64,000 bases of DNA from Thermoanaerobaculia bacterium (GTDB lineage: Bacteria; Acidobacteriota; Thermoanaerobaculia; Multivoradales; Multivoraceae), in the NCBI GenBank assembly GCA_022826745.1, contig JAJDUI010000008.1:267283-331282 (forward strand), given 5' to 3'. Within the stretch, counting starts at the first letter, position 1. Each line of letters begins with the position of its first letter. Both the position numbers and the translations under genes were made by a program. The notes beneath the pieces are model-generated. The model was not told the origin of the DNA, made no database searches, and was given only the letters and a program-made list of their open reading frames with translations. Below are positions 22,052 to 31,144 of this stretch, piece by piece.

Positions 22052-22852
22052 ATGACGACTACCTCGGTTGGCGGCGGTCGGACGGGATGGCGAAGGCTAC
22101 ACGCGGGCCTCCGTCGCCTTTCGCGACCGGGCTGGAGTCTCGGGCTGGCCGCCGTCGCAGTCATGGGTTGCGCGGGCTCGACAGCCGCGACCCAGGAGCG
22201 CGTCGACTTCGCGGCGCTCCGCCGGCAGATGGTGCGCGACACGATCTCCGAGCCCCGCGACGGCCGGCCGCCGGTCCTCGACGTGCGCGTCATCGATGCG
22301 ATGGAGAAGGTGGAGCGCCACCTGTTCGTGCCGGAGGAGATGCGCGACTGGGCCTACCGGGACTCGCCGCTCGGGATCGGCTGGCGGCAGACGATCTCCC
22401 AGCCCTACATCGTCGCGTTGATGACGGAGCTTGCGGAACCCGACCCGGAGGACAGGGTGCTGGAGATCGGTACGGGCTCCGGCTACCAGGCCGCCGTACT
22501 GGCCGAGATCGTGGATCACGTGTACACGATCGAGATCGTGGAGCCTCTGGGGCTGCGGGCCGCGGCGGCGCTGGACATGGCCGGCTACCAGAACGTGACG
22601 ACGCGGATCGGCGACGGATACGCGGGTTGGCAGGAGGAGGCGCCGTTCGACGCGATCGTCGTCACCGCCGCGCCGGACCACGTGCCGCAGCCGCTGATTG
22701 ACCAGTTGGCGACCGGCGGCCGGCTGGTGCTGCCGGTGGGCCCGGTGGGCGGCCGCCAGGAACTCCAGGTGCTGGAGAAGCAGGCCGACGGGTCAGTCGA
22801 GCGGACCCGGGTGATCCCGGTGCGCTTCGTGCCGCTGACGCGGAATCGGTAG
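22052..22852 (+). CDS. pcm: Protein-L-isoaspartate O-methyltransferase with an N-terminal signal/lipobox (VMGCAG)
   Basis: ISQPYIVALMTE, VLEIGTGSGYQAAVLA, GGRLVLPVG, IPVRFVPLTR are PCMT blocks. The N-terminal hydrophobic region ends in a Cys. Confidence 0.75.
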   Translation: MTTTSVGGGRTGWRRLHAGLRRLSRPGWSLGLAAVAVMGCAGSTAATQERVDFAALRRQMVRDTISEPRDGRPPVLDVRVIDAMEKVERHLFVPEEMRDWAYRDSPLGIGWRQTISQPYIVALMTELAEPDPEDRVLEIGTGSGYQAAVLAEIVDHVYTIEIVEPLGLRAAAALDMAGYQNVTTRIGDGYAGWQEEAPFDAIVVTAAPDHVPQPLIDQLATGGRLVLPVGPVGGRQELQVLEKQADGSVERTRVIPVRFVPLTRNR

Positions 22853-22855
22853 CAC

Positions 22856-23518
22856 CTAGAGCGGCACTTCCTCGCCCTCGCCTTCGATGACGAGGCCGAG
22901 GGTCACGTCGCCGAGGGGTACGGCCAGCGTGGGCTGGTCGAGGTCGTTCCAGAACATGGTGGCGCTCTCCGCGCCGTCGTAGTTCTGGAACAGGGCCATC
23001 GTCATCGGGTGGGTGGCGCCCTCGATGATCGTGATGCTGGCCTCGACGAGGGGCTCCTGCTCCGGGAAGCCGTAGGGATCGAACGTGTCGAGTGCCACCG
23101 GGATCAGGACGAGGAAGTCCCGGAACCAGGTCTGGCCGGTGTGGTCGCCGTCGGCCGGCTGCACGGCGTAGCGGAGGGTGTAGATGCCGGCCGGCACGAT
23201 CTGCTTCTTGTAAGTGCTCCAGTCGTCCGTCGTGCGCATCAGGCCGACCAGGCCGCCGGGAGGCAGGGTCGGGTACTCGACCCCGAGTTCGGCCGATGGG
23301 TCCTGCATCGGCAGCGCGGGCGGGAACCAGAACTCGATCGGCTGGCCCTCGTCCCGGACCACCTTGTAGCCGGCCGGATCGAGCAGCGGCCCCAGCCAGT
23401 CCGGCAGATCCGGCGGCAACGCTTCCGTGCGCTCGAGCGACGGGTCGGCGGCAAGCGGCGCGGCGAGCACCAGCCCCGCGAGCAGCAGCCCGACGAGCGG
23501 GAGACCGGCGCTCCTCAC
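22856..23518 (-). CDS. Secreted hypothetical protein (~220 aa) translationally coupled (GTGA) to the cytochrome c peroxidase gene
   Basis: Signal peptide LPLVGLLLAGLVLAAPLAA. No Cys or His cofactor motifs. GTG start overlaps the ccp stop. Confidence 0.5.
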   Translation of the reverse strand: MRSAGLPLVGLLLAGLVLAAPLAADPSLERTEALPPDLPDWLGPLLDPAGYKVVRDEGQPIEFWFPPALPMQDPSAELGVEYPTLPPGGLVGLMRTTDDWSTYKKQIVPAGIYTLRYAVQPADGDHTGQTWFRDFLVLIPVALDTFDPYGFPEQEPLVEASITIIEGATHPMTMALFQNYDGAESATMFWNDLDQPTLAVPLGDVTLGLVIEGEGEEVPL

Positions 23519-24648
23519 TCGAAGTTGATCAGGTAGTGCCGGAAGTTCTCGGGTCCGACCTCGTCCAGCATCTGCAGGAACAGCACGAGTGGCTCGATGT
23601 CCGCGTCCGTGATGTTGATCTCGCCGAACAGCGGGTCGACGCCTTCCTGTTCGCTGTCGGCGGCTTCGGCCAGCGCCATGTGGGCCCGGATCGCGTCTTC
23701 GAGCGTGGCGGCGCTGCCATCGTGGAGGTACGGGTCCGTGCGGGCGAGGTTCCGCAGCGGCGGCGTCTTGAAGTCGCCCGCGCCGGTGCCGTGGAGCGCG
23801 TAGTCGCTGAAGGTCGGGGGCACGTGGCAACGGACGCAGTTGCCGACCGATTCCACGTCGAAGGCCCGGAAGAAGGTCTTGAAGCCCTCGTAGGCTTCCT
23901 GGGTGAACCCCTCCGGTCGCCGGATCAGGTTGCGACCCTCCTGGTTGAAGATCCGGCTCTCGATGCTCGCCGCGTAGTTCAGCATGTCCTCGCCGTCGTT
24001 CGGCTCCTTTCGGAAACGGTTCTGCTCGGCGAAGGCGTCCCAGCGCGCGGTCATCGTGTAGCTCAGCGTGCGGGTGTAGTCGGCCAGGGCGCGGGCGGCG
24101 GCGGCGGCCACCTCGGGCCGCGGCAGGGACTCGAGGTCCAGACCGTAGACCTCCTGGAACTGGTCGAGATAGGGCACGCCCGAGATCGCGTTGTGGCCCT
24201 CGTTGAGCAGCACATAGGCCGCGTTGTCCATCCCCTCGGCACGGTCCTCGTCGTTCCAGCCGTACTGCTTGCCGACCAGCTTGTCGAGGATCATGTCCTC
24301 CATCGAGTCGTAGGCGCCATCCCAGCCGAACACCTCGGCGCGGGCAGCGTCGGCCAGGGTCTGCGCGTTCCTTTCGGTCGTCTCGCGGTTCGCGGTCAGG
24401 CTGGTCGGCGTGTGGTCGGCGTAGTAACGCTCCGGCTTGCCGGGCACCGACTCGCCGATGGCGTGGCACACGGAACAGGCGATCGCGAAGCCCGTCCCCT
24501 GGTTGTTGAACAGCAGTTCGGCGAACAGGTCGTTGCCGAGCTGTTGCAGGGCTGGGGACGGTTCTTCCTGGGCGGCGGCTGGGGCGCCGAACAGGAGAGC
24601 GGTTGCCATGGCGAGCGTCGCCGGACCGGTCAGGCTTCTTCGCTTCAT
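23515..24648 (-). CDS. Di-haem cytochrome c peroxidase (CCP/MauG family)
   Basis: Two CxxCH motifs (CSVCH, CVRCH). Signal peptide. GGAGG six nt upstream of ATG 24648. Confidence 0.8.
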   Translation of the reverse strand: MKRRSLTGPATLAMATALLFGAPAAAQEEPSPALQQLGNDLFAELLFNNQGTGFAIACSVCHAIGESVPGKPERYYADHTPTSLTANRETTERNAQTLADAARAEVFGWDGAYDSMEDMILDKLVGKQYGWNDEDRAEGMDNAAYVLLNEGHNAISGVPYLDQFQEVYGLDLESLPRPEVAAAAARALADYTRTLSYTMTARWDAFAEQNRFRKEPNDGEDMLNYAASIESRIFNQEGRNLIRRPEGFTQEAYEGFKTFFRAFDVESVGNCVRCHVPPTFSDYALHGTGAGDFKTPPLRNLARTDPYLHDGSAATLEDAIRAHMALAEAADSEQEGVDPLFGEINITDADIEPLVLFLQMLDEVGPENFRHYLINFE

Positions 24649-24705
24649 CGTCATCCTCCGTGAGGTGGAGAATAGACGATCCCGTTAGTGGCACACTAAG
24701 CCGCC

Positions 24706-25452
24706 ATGGCGACGTCGCGAACGGTTCCCTGGGCGGAACTCGACACGATCTTCTTCGACGCCGGCAACACCTTCCTGTCGATGGACTTCGACCGGGTCGC
24801 CGCCGTGGCGGCCAGTCTGGGCGTCGAGTGCTCGGGAACGCAACTGGAGCGTGCGGAGGCGGCGGCGCGGCCGGAGCTTTCCGCGGCGCTGGCCGAGAGG
24901 CGGACGACCGAAGGCGGCGGGGCCTTTCGCTTCTACCTGCGAGCGACTCTCGAGCGGCTGCCGGCGTCCAGCCGGGACGGGGTCGACTTGGGCGACGTGG
25001 TCTCCGGGCTGGCGGAGCGGCTGTTCCTGCCGGGCCGCAACGACCGGCTCTGGAACCGCAGGCTGCCGGGGCGAAGGGAAGCGCTCGAGCGGATCCGCGC
25101 GCTCGGCTATCGCATGGTGGTCGTCAGCAACTCGGACGGCAGCATGGCGCGGACTGTCACCCGGATCGGCATGGACCATCTCTTCGACGGTCTGGTCGAC
25201 TCGACGGTCGTCGGCTTCGAGAAACCGGACCCGCGGATCTTCGACGTCGCGCTCGATCTGGCCGGTGCATGTCCGGAACGGACGGTGCACGTGGGTGATC
25301 TGTACGCCGCCGACGTCGTGGGCGCCCGGACCGCCGGCGTCCACGCCGTCCTGCTCGACCCCTTCGGCGACTGGCCGGAGGTCGACTGCCCGAAGGTGGC
25401 CGATCTGGACGAGCTGGCCGCCCTGCTGCCGGGGCCGCCGGGGCGCGCGTGA
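24706..25452 (+). CDS. HAD-superfamily hydrolase
   Basis: N-terminal FFDAGNTF (HAD motif I variant). Later GDLYAADVVGA motif. Confidence 0.6.
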   Translation: MATSRTVPWAELDTIFFDAGNTFLSMDFDRVAAVAASLGVECSGTQLERAEAAARPELSAALAERRTTEGGGAFRFYLRATLERLPASSRDGVDLGDVVSGLAERLFLPGRNDRLWNRRLPGRREALERIRALGYRMVVVSNSDGSMARTVTRIGMDHLFDGLVDSTVVGFEKPDPRIFDVALDLAGACPERTVHVGDLYAADVVGARTAGVHAVLLDPFGDWPEVDCPKVADLDELAALLPGPPGRA

Positions 25453-26273
25453 AGCCCGCGGAGGTTCGCCGGCACCGCCATCGGTTCTACGAGGCGGCCG
25501 TTCAGAACGTGGAAGTGGACATCGACTTCGTCGAGCGCGTCTATCGCCGCCTCAACGGACGGTTGCCCGCCACCCTGCGGGAGGACTTCTGCGGCACCGC
25601 CTCGCTGGCGAGCGCCTTCGCCGCGCGCAGGCCGGAGAACCGCGCCTGGGGCGTCGACCTCCACCGGCCGACCCTGGACTGGGGGCGGCGCAACCGGGTG
25701 GAGGCCAGATGCGTCGAGGACCGGGTCGAGCTGGAGTGCCGCGACGTGCGCCTGGCCGGCAGCCCGGCGGTAGACGTGCAGGTTGCCTTCAACTTCTCCT
25801 TCTTTCTGTTCCCGGGCCGCGGCGAGATGCTGGACTACTTCCGGGCGGCGAAGCGCTCGCTCGAGCCGGGAGGCCTGTTCGTGCTGGACGCCTTCGGCGG
25901 TACGGATTCGTTTCAGGCCACCACCGAGGACACGGAGATCGAGGCCTCGGCAGGCGTCGACGGAGTCGCCTTGCCGGCTTTCACCTACAGTTGGGACCAG
26001 CTCGCCTTCAACGCCGTCGACCACTGGATGCGCTGCGCGATGCACTTCACGCCGGCGGGCAGGGAGACGGTGCGCAACGTGTTCCGCTACGCGTGGCGGA
26101 TGTGGACCCTGCCCGAGATCCGGGAGTTGCTGGCCGAGGCCGGCTTCGACGATGTCGAGGTGTACGGCGAGGGCTGGGATGCCGGCAGCGGGGAAGGGAA
26201 CGGCATCTTCCGGCGCCGCACGCGGATGGCGAACGAGGGCAGTTGGGTCGTCTACGTGGTGGCGCGCTACTGA
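25449..26273 (+). CDS. Class I SAM-dependent methyltransferase
   Basis: EDFCGTASLA (motif I-like) and LEPGGLFVLD (post-II). GTGA overlap with the HAD gene. Confidence 0.6.
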   Translation: MKPAEVRRHRHRFYEAAVQNVEVDIDFVERVYRRLNGRLPATLREDFCGTASLASAFAARRPENRAWGVDLHRPTLDWGRRNRVEARCVEDRVELECRDVRLAGSPAVDVQVAFNFSFFLFPGRGEMLDYFRAAKRSLEPGGLFVLDAFGGTDSFQATTEDTEIEASAGVDGVALPAFTYSWDQLAFNAVDHWMRCAMHFTPAGRETVRNVFRYAWRMWTLPEIRELLAEAGFDDVEVYGEGWDAGSGEGNGIFRRRTRMANEGSWVVYVVARY

Positions 26274-27325
26274 GTGCCGCGGGGTCCGGCCAGACGCTGC
26301 CAGTCCTCGTCGCGAACGTCGTTGGCCAGGGTCAGGCCGCCGTCGGAGCCGACGAAGACCGGGTCCTTGACGACGCGCACGCGTCCGCCGCCCAGTTCGC
26401 CGAGCGAACTCTGCAGCGCCGCGCCAAGGCCCCGGATCAGCCCGGAGCCGCCGGTCAGGATGACGTTGTTGCGCACCCGGCTCTGAAACTCCGGTTCGAC
26501 TCGTGCGATCAGGTCGAGCATCGTCTCGCGCAGCGGCTCGAGGAGAGTTTCGCAGGCAGTGCGCATCGGTTCGGTGATGTCGATCCGGGTCGGTCTGCCG
26601 TTTACCGGCGCGTCGACCACGACCGGACCGCCTCCGCCCACGAAGGAGTGTCTCTCCTTCCACGCGCGAGCCATGTGGATCGACACCGAAGCGTCGGGGA
26701 AGCGTTCCTCGATGCGCGCGTGGAGGCGATTGTCGACGGCGTCGCCCGCGACGTTCAGGGTGCGCTGGTCGCCCTCGGTGGGAAAGCGGCCCATGAGGAT
26801 GCACAGGTCCGTCGTGCCCGCGCCGACGTCGACGACCATCGTGTGGACCAGGGCGTCCAGGCCATAGGCGACGGCGAATGGCTCGGAGACGATCATCGTG
26901 CTGGCGACCTGGCCGTCGAGGATGCGCCGCAGGTTCTGGCGGTTCACCCGGAGCGTTTCCGCCGGCACGCCGACCACGGCGTGGATCGCCGGCCTCGGAT
27001 CCCGTCCCTCGGGGAGGGCCAGGTCGAGCAGCCGGCGGACGATCTCGCGCACGGCCTGCTCGTCGCGGGCGGACCCTTCCTTGATCAGGCCCCGCTCCAG
27101 CGGCCGGCGCAACTCCAGCATCGGTCGTTTCTCCAGGGCCTCGATGCCCACGAGCACCTCGCGCTGGAGGACCTTTCGGGCGACCATGTCCCGCGGCCAG
27201 CCGACGTAGCTTCGCACCATGTGGCGCTCGCCGTTCGCGGCGGAGATCGAACTGCGCGACGTTCCCAGGTCGATGCCCACCTTGAGCACCGGCGGTTCGG
27301 GAGTGGCGGCGGTCTGCGTGGTCAT
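26267..27325 (-). CDS. MamK-family actin-like ATPase (bacterial actin, MreB/MamK clade)
   Basis: GIDLGTSRSS, SYVGWPRD, MIVSEPFAVAYGLD, VVDVGAGTTDLCIL, KERHSFVG, ILTGGSGLIRGL, KDPVF...WQRLAG. The pattern is closer to MamK as I recall it (GIDLGTSHTA, VVGYPKD, VSEPFMVGYGLD, IVDIGAGTTDICAL) than to MreB (DLGTANTLIYV). Confidence 0.65.
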   Translation of the reverse strand: MTTQTAATPEPPVLKVGIDLGTSRSSISAANGERHMVRSYVGWPRDMVARKVLQREVLVGIEALEKRPMLELRRPLERGLIKEGSARDEQAVREIVRRLLDLALPEGRDPRPAIHAVVGVPAETLRVNRQNLRRILDGQVASTMIVSEPFAVAYGLDALVHTMVVDVGAGTTDLCILMGRFPTEGDQRTLNVAGDAVDNRLHARIEERFPDASVSIHMARAWKERHSFVGGGGPVVVDAPVNGRPTRIDITEPMRTACETLLEPLRETMLDLIARVEPEFQSRVRNNVILTGGSGLIRGLGAALQSSLGELGGGRVRVVKDPVFVGSDGGLTLANDVRDEDWQRLAGPRGTQ

Positions 27326-27350
27326 CCTCAAGCCTCAGGCGCCGGAGAGC

Positions 27351-28334
27351 TTAGCTTTGGGGCAGCAGGGACTCGGCAAAGCTCTGGATGCCCGCGTCCA
27401 GGGCTTCGGCGATCGACTGAAGGTGGCTTTCGTTCCGCAACCGCTTGACCTCGTCGGCATCGGAGAGGCAGGAGACCTCGGCCAGCACCGCCGGCATCTC
27501 CGCGCCGATCAGAACGACGAAAGGCGCGGACTTGACGCCGCGGTTCCGCAGGTCGGGGTTCGTGGTCCGCAAGCGTCCGACGAGCGACTCCTGAATCGCG
27601 GTCGCCAGCGCCCGGCTGTCGTCCTGCCGGGCCTGGGCGTACACGCCGTCGAGGAGCCGGCGGAGGTCGCCGAGGGAATAGCCCTGGGCCTCCGAGTTCT
27701 CGCGCTCGGCAAGCGCGGCAAGTTCCGGATCGTCGGTGGGGCCGAGGTAGAAGGTCTCGACGCCGCAGGTTCTGTTCGCCGGCAACCAGTTCACGTGAAT
27801 CGAAACGAACACGTCGGCGCCCGCGCGGTTGGCGATCAGGGTGCGCTGGTCGAGGGCGACGTTCATGTCGGCCTCCCGGGTCATCGCGACGCGATAGCGG
27901 TCGTCCAGCAGGTTGCGCAGCCGGTAGGCGATGTCGAGGGCGAGCGCCTTCTCGGTCAAACCGGCGGCAGCCGTGCCGGGCGAGGAGCCGCCGTGGCCGG
28001 GGTCGAGCACGATGCGCTCCACGGGCAGCGGGAAGACGCTTGGGTCGACGGCTTCCGGGGGACCGGTGAAGCGGATCTCGGGTGCCTGGAGATCGCCATC
28101 CACTTCCACTTCGGGCGGAGGGTCCGGTTCCGGGCGATTCAGCTCCAGGTAGCCGAGGGCGGCAATAGCCGCAACCGGAAGCAGCAGAAGGAGGCTCCAC
28201 GGCGAGACCCGGCGCCGCCGGGGGGCCCGGCCGGCGTCCTGGGCGTCGCGCGGCTCGGCCGGTCGGCGATCGAGCGCCTCGTTGTCGCGAACCGCAGCCT
28301 CGACCAGACCGCGTTTGAAGTCCCGGCCGGACAT
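27351..28334 (-). CDS. N-acetylmuramoyl-L-alanine amidase (Amidase_3 family) with N-terminal membrane anchor
   Basis: LDPGHGG, SIHVNW, ETFY, KSAPFVVL are Amidase_3 blocks. The TM segment is SPWSLLLLLPVAAIAAL. Confidence 0.8.
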   Translation of the reverse strand: MSGRDFKRGLVEAAVRDNEALDRRPAEPRDAQDAGRAPRRRRVSPWSLLLLLPVAAIAALGYLELNRPEPDPPPEVEVDGDLQAPEIRFTGPPEAVDPSVFPLPVERIVLDPGHGGSSPGTAAAGLTEKALALDIAYRLRNLLDDRYRVAMTREADMNVALDQRTLIANRAGADVFVSIHVNWLPANRTCGVETFYLGPTDDPELAALAERENSEAQGYSLGDLRRLLDGVYAQARQDDSRALATAIQESLVGRLRTTNPDLRNRGVKSAPFVVLIGAEMPAVLAEVSCLSDADEVKRLRNESHLQSIAEALDAGIQSFAESLLPQS

Positions 28335-28410
28335 GAATCGACGCTACATGATCAGTCACCACGGACTGTCAGGCGGGTGCCTCAAGTAGTCTCGCGAGTT
28401 GGTGTTTGCG

Positions 28411-29937
28411 ATGAGCGTTCCCCCGTTCTCCAGGGCCGGGTCTGGCCGCGGCCGCGCCTGGCGGACTCTGGTTCTCGCGGGCGGCATTCTCGCGCTGCAG
28501 GGTTGTAGCGGGGTTCGGAAGCCGGAACTCGAGGCGCCGGCGCCGGCCGGCTACGGCGACGATGCGCGTACTCCGGATCCAGGGGCCGAGACGGTGGCCG
28601 AGACGGGACACCTCGATGAGGAGTGGTGGACGGCGTTCGGCGATCCCCTGCTGTCCCGCCTGGTTGTCGAAGGGCTCGAGCACAACTCCAGCCTCCGCGC
28701 CGCCGCCCTGAACGTCGACGTCGCGCTCGCCCAGGCTCGGCTGGACGGCGCGGCGCGCAACCCCGAGCTGGAGGCGGCGCTCGACCCCGGCCGGCGCAAG
28801 CAGAACACGGCGCAGAGCGGTCTCACCGAGGCGATCCCGATTCCCATTCCCGGCTTCGAGCCAGGCGGCGTGCGGAGTTTCGCCTTCACTTCCTACGGTC
28901 TGGCGCTCAACGTCCGCTGGGAGGTCGACCTGTGGGACCGGCTCGGCGCGCTGACCGCCGCCTCTCAGGCCGAGGCGGCCGCGACCGGAGCGGACTTCGA
29001 CGGCGCCCGACTTTCGATCGCCGGCCAGCTCGCGAAGGTGTACTTCGGCGTCGTCGAGGCCGTGCAGCAGGTGGAGCTCGCCGAGCGCACTCTCGCCAGC
29101 CGGGAGCGGACGCGCGACCGGGTCGAGGCGCGCTACCGCCGGGGCGTCGCCGTGGCCCTCGAGGTGCGGCAGGCGCGAACCCAGGTCGCAACCGTGGAGG
29201 CCCAGTTGTCGGCCCAGCGTCAGACGCTCGACGGTTTGCGCCGGCAGATGGAGGTCCTGCTGGGCCGCTATCCCTCCGGTGAGATCGAGGCGGCCGCGGG
29301 GTTGCCGGAGCTTCCACCCCTGCCGGCAACCGGGGTGCCGGCCGCCCTGCTGGCACGGCGCCCCGATCTGAGGGCGGCGGAGTACCGGGCGGTCGCGGCC
29401 TCGGAGCGGCTCCGCGCCGCCCACAGGGCGCTCTATCCGAGCTTCACGCTGAACGGATCGGCGGGCACGTCGAGCGGCGAACTCCGGGACCTGCTGGAGG
29501 GAGACTTCTCGGTCTGGAGTCTCGCCGCCGGCCTTCTCCAGCCCCTGCTGTCCGGGGGCCGTCTCCGCGCCGGCCGCGACCTGGTGGAGGCGGGGCTGGA
29601 CGCCGCGGAAGCAGATTGGTTGCAGACGGCGCTCCAGGCCTTCGCGGAAGTGGAGTCGGGCCTCGCGGCCGAACGGATGCTCGACGAACGAACGGCGGCG
29701 CTCGAGCGCGCCGCGACGGAGAGCCGGGAGGCTGAACGCCTGGCGGAAGGCCGCTATCGGGAAGGACTCGTCGGCTATCTGCAGGTGCTCGACAGCCAGC
29801 GAACGTCGTTCCAGTCGGAGAGCCAGTTGCTGGCGGCCCGACGCCAGCAACTGGAGTCGCGGGCGGACCTGATCCTGGCGCTGGGCGGCGGCGTCTACGC
29901 GGAACCGGCCGGGTCGGCTGCGGGCGGCGGAGGCTGA
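28411..29937 (+). CDS. RND efflux outer-membrane factor lipoprotein (NodT/TolC family)
   Basis: Lipobox LALQGCS. Two repeat halves. ATG 28411; the track start TTG 28399 is an alternative. Confidence 0.8.
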   Translation: MSVPPFSRAGSGRGRAWRTLVLAGGILALQGCSGVRKPELEAPAPAGYGDDARTPDPGAETVAETGHLDEEWWTAFGDPLLSRLVVEGLEHNSSLRAAALNVDVALAQARLDGAARNPELEAALDPGRRKQNTAQSGLTEAIPIPIPGFEPGGVRSFAFTSYGLALNVRWEVDLWDRLGALTAASQAEAAATGADFDGARLSIAGQLAKVYFGVVEAVQQVELAERTLASRERTRDRVEARYRRGVAVALEVRQARTQVATVEAQLSAQRQTLDGLRRQMEVLLGRYPSGEIEAAAGLPELPPLPATGVPAALLARRPDLRAAEYRAVAASERLRAAHRALYPSFTLNGSAGTSSGELRDLLEGDFSVWSLAAGLLQPLLSGGRLRAGRDLVEAGLDAAEADWLQTALQAFAEVESGLAAERMLDERTAALERAATESREAERLAEGRYREGLVGYLQVLDSQRTSFQSESQLLAARRQQLESRADLILALGGGVYAEPAGSAAGGGG

Positions 29938-29940
29938 TCG

Positions 29941-31131
29941 ATGTCGGTGGACACTTCGGTGCTGAAGTGGTCCCTCCCGGTCGCCATCCTCGCGGTGGCC
30001 GCCCTGGTGGTCGTCAGTCTCGTTTCGTCGCGGCCCGAGCTGGAGACGGCGCCGAGGGAGATCGCACCGCCGCCGGTTCGCGTGCTGACCGTGACGCCGA
30101 CCGAGGTCGACCTGGGTGTCCGCTCACAGGGGTCGGTCATTCCGGTGACCGAGGCCGACCTGGTCTCGGAGGTCGCGGGCACGATCGTCTGGACGGCGGA
30201 GAGCTTCGAGGTCGGCGGCTTCTTCGATGCCGGCGAGGTCCTGCTGCGGCTCGACCGCCGCGACTACGAGCTGGCGCTGGCGAGCGCCCGCGCCGCGCTC
30301 GCGCAGGCGGGAGTGGGGCTGGCCCGGGAGCAGGCCGAGGCCGATGTCGCACGCGAAGAGTGGGAAGAACTGGGAGAGGACGGTGAGCCGGGCCCCCTGG
30401 TGCTCCGCCAGCCCCAGTTGGCCGAGGCGAGGGCGCAGGTGGAGGCGGCGCTCGCCAACATGAGGCGCGCCGAACTGGACCTCGAACGGACCGCGATCCG
30501 GGCGCCCTTTGCCGGCAGGCTGCGCGCCAAGAGGGTCGACCGCGGCGAGTTCGTGAACCGCGGCGTACCGCTGGCCACGATCTATGCCGTCGACGCCGCC
30601 GAGGTCGTCCTGCCGGTGCCGGACTCGGAGCTCGCCTTCCTCGACCTGCCTCTCGGCGGCGAGCTGGGGGACAGGGGACCCCGGGTGTTGCTGCGAGCGC
30701 AGTTCGCCGGCGGCCGGCACGAGTGGGAGGGTCGGGTCGTGCGCGTCGGCGGCGAGATCGACCCGGCGACGCGGATGGTGAACCTGATCGCGCGGGTGGA
30801 TGATCCGTATCAGGCGTCCGGGGACCGGCCGCCGCTGTCGGTGGGCCTGTTCGTGGACGCCGAGGTGGTCGGTCGATCGGTGGAATCCGTGTTTCAGGTG
30901 CCGCGCGGGGCGCTGGTGGGAGCCGACCGGGTGTGGCTGGTGGAGGACGGCCGGCTGGTCCTGCGCCAGGTCGGGATCCTGCGCGCGGACCCGGAGGTCG
31001 TCATCGTTTCCGACGGCCTGTCGGCGGGAGACCGGATCAGCCTCACGATTCTCGAGAGCGCGGTGGATGGGATGCGGGTAACGCCGCAGCCGGAGCCTGA
31101 AGCGGCGGCGACCGGCGGGAGCGCGCCATGA
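29941..31131 (+). CDS. RND efflux periplasmic adaptor (membrane fusion protein)
   Basis: N-terminal TM, coiled-coil region, and a beta-barrel C-terminus typical of the HlyD/AcrA family. Confidence 0.8.
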   Translation: MSVDTSVLKWSLPVAILAVAALVVVSLVSSRPELETAPREIAPPPVRVLTVTPTEVDLGVRSQGSVIPVTEADLVSEVAGTIVWTAESFEVGGFFDAGEVLLRLDRRDYELALASARAALAQAGVGLAREQAEADVAREEWEELGEDGEPGPLVLRQPQLAEARAQVEAALANMRRAELDLERTAIRAPFAGRLRAKRVDRGEFVNRGVPLATIYAVDAAEVVLPVPDSELAFLDLPLGGELGDRGPRVLLRAQFAGGRHEWEGRVVRVGGEIDPATRMVNLIARVDDPYQASGDRPPLSVGLFVDAEVVGRSVESVFQVPRGALVGADRVWLVEDGRLVLRQVGILRADPEVVIVSDGLSAGDRISLTILESAVDGMRVTPQPEPEAAATGGSAP

Positions 31132-31144
31132 GCGGGATGGCGCC

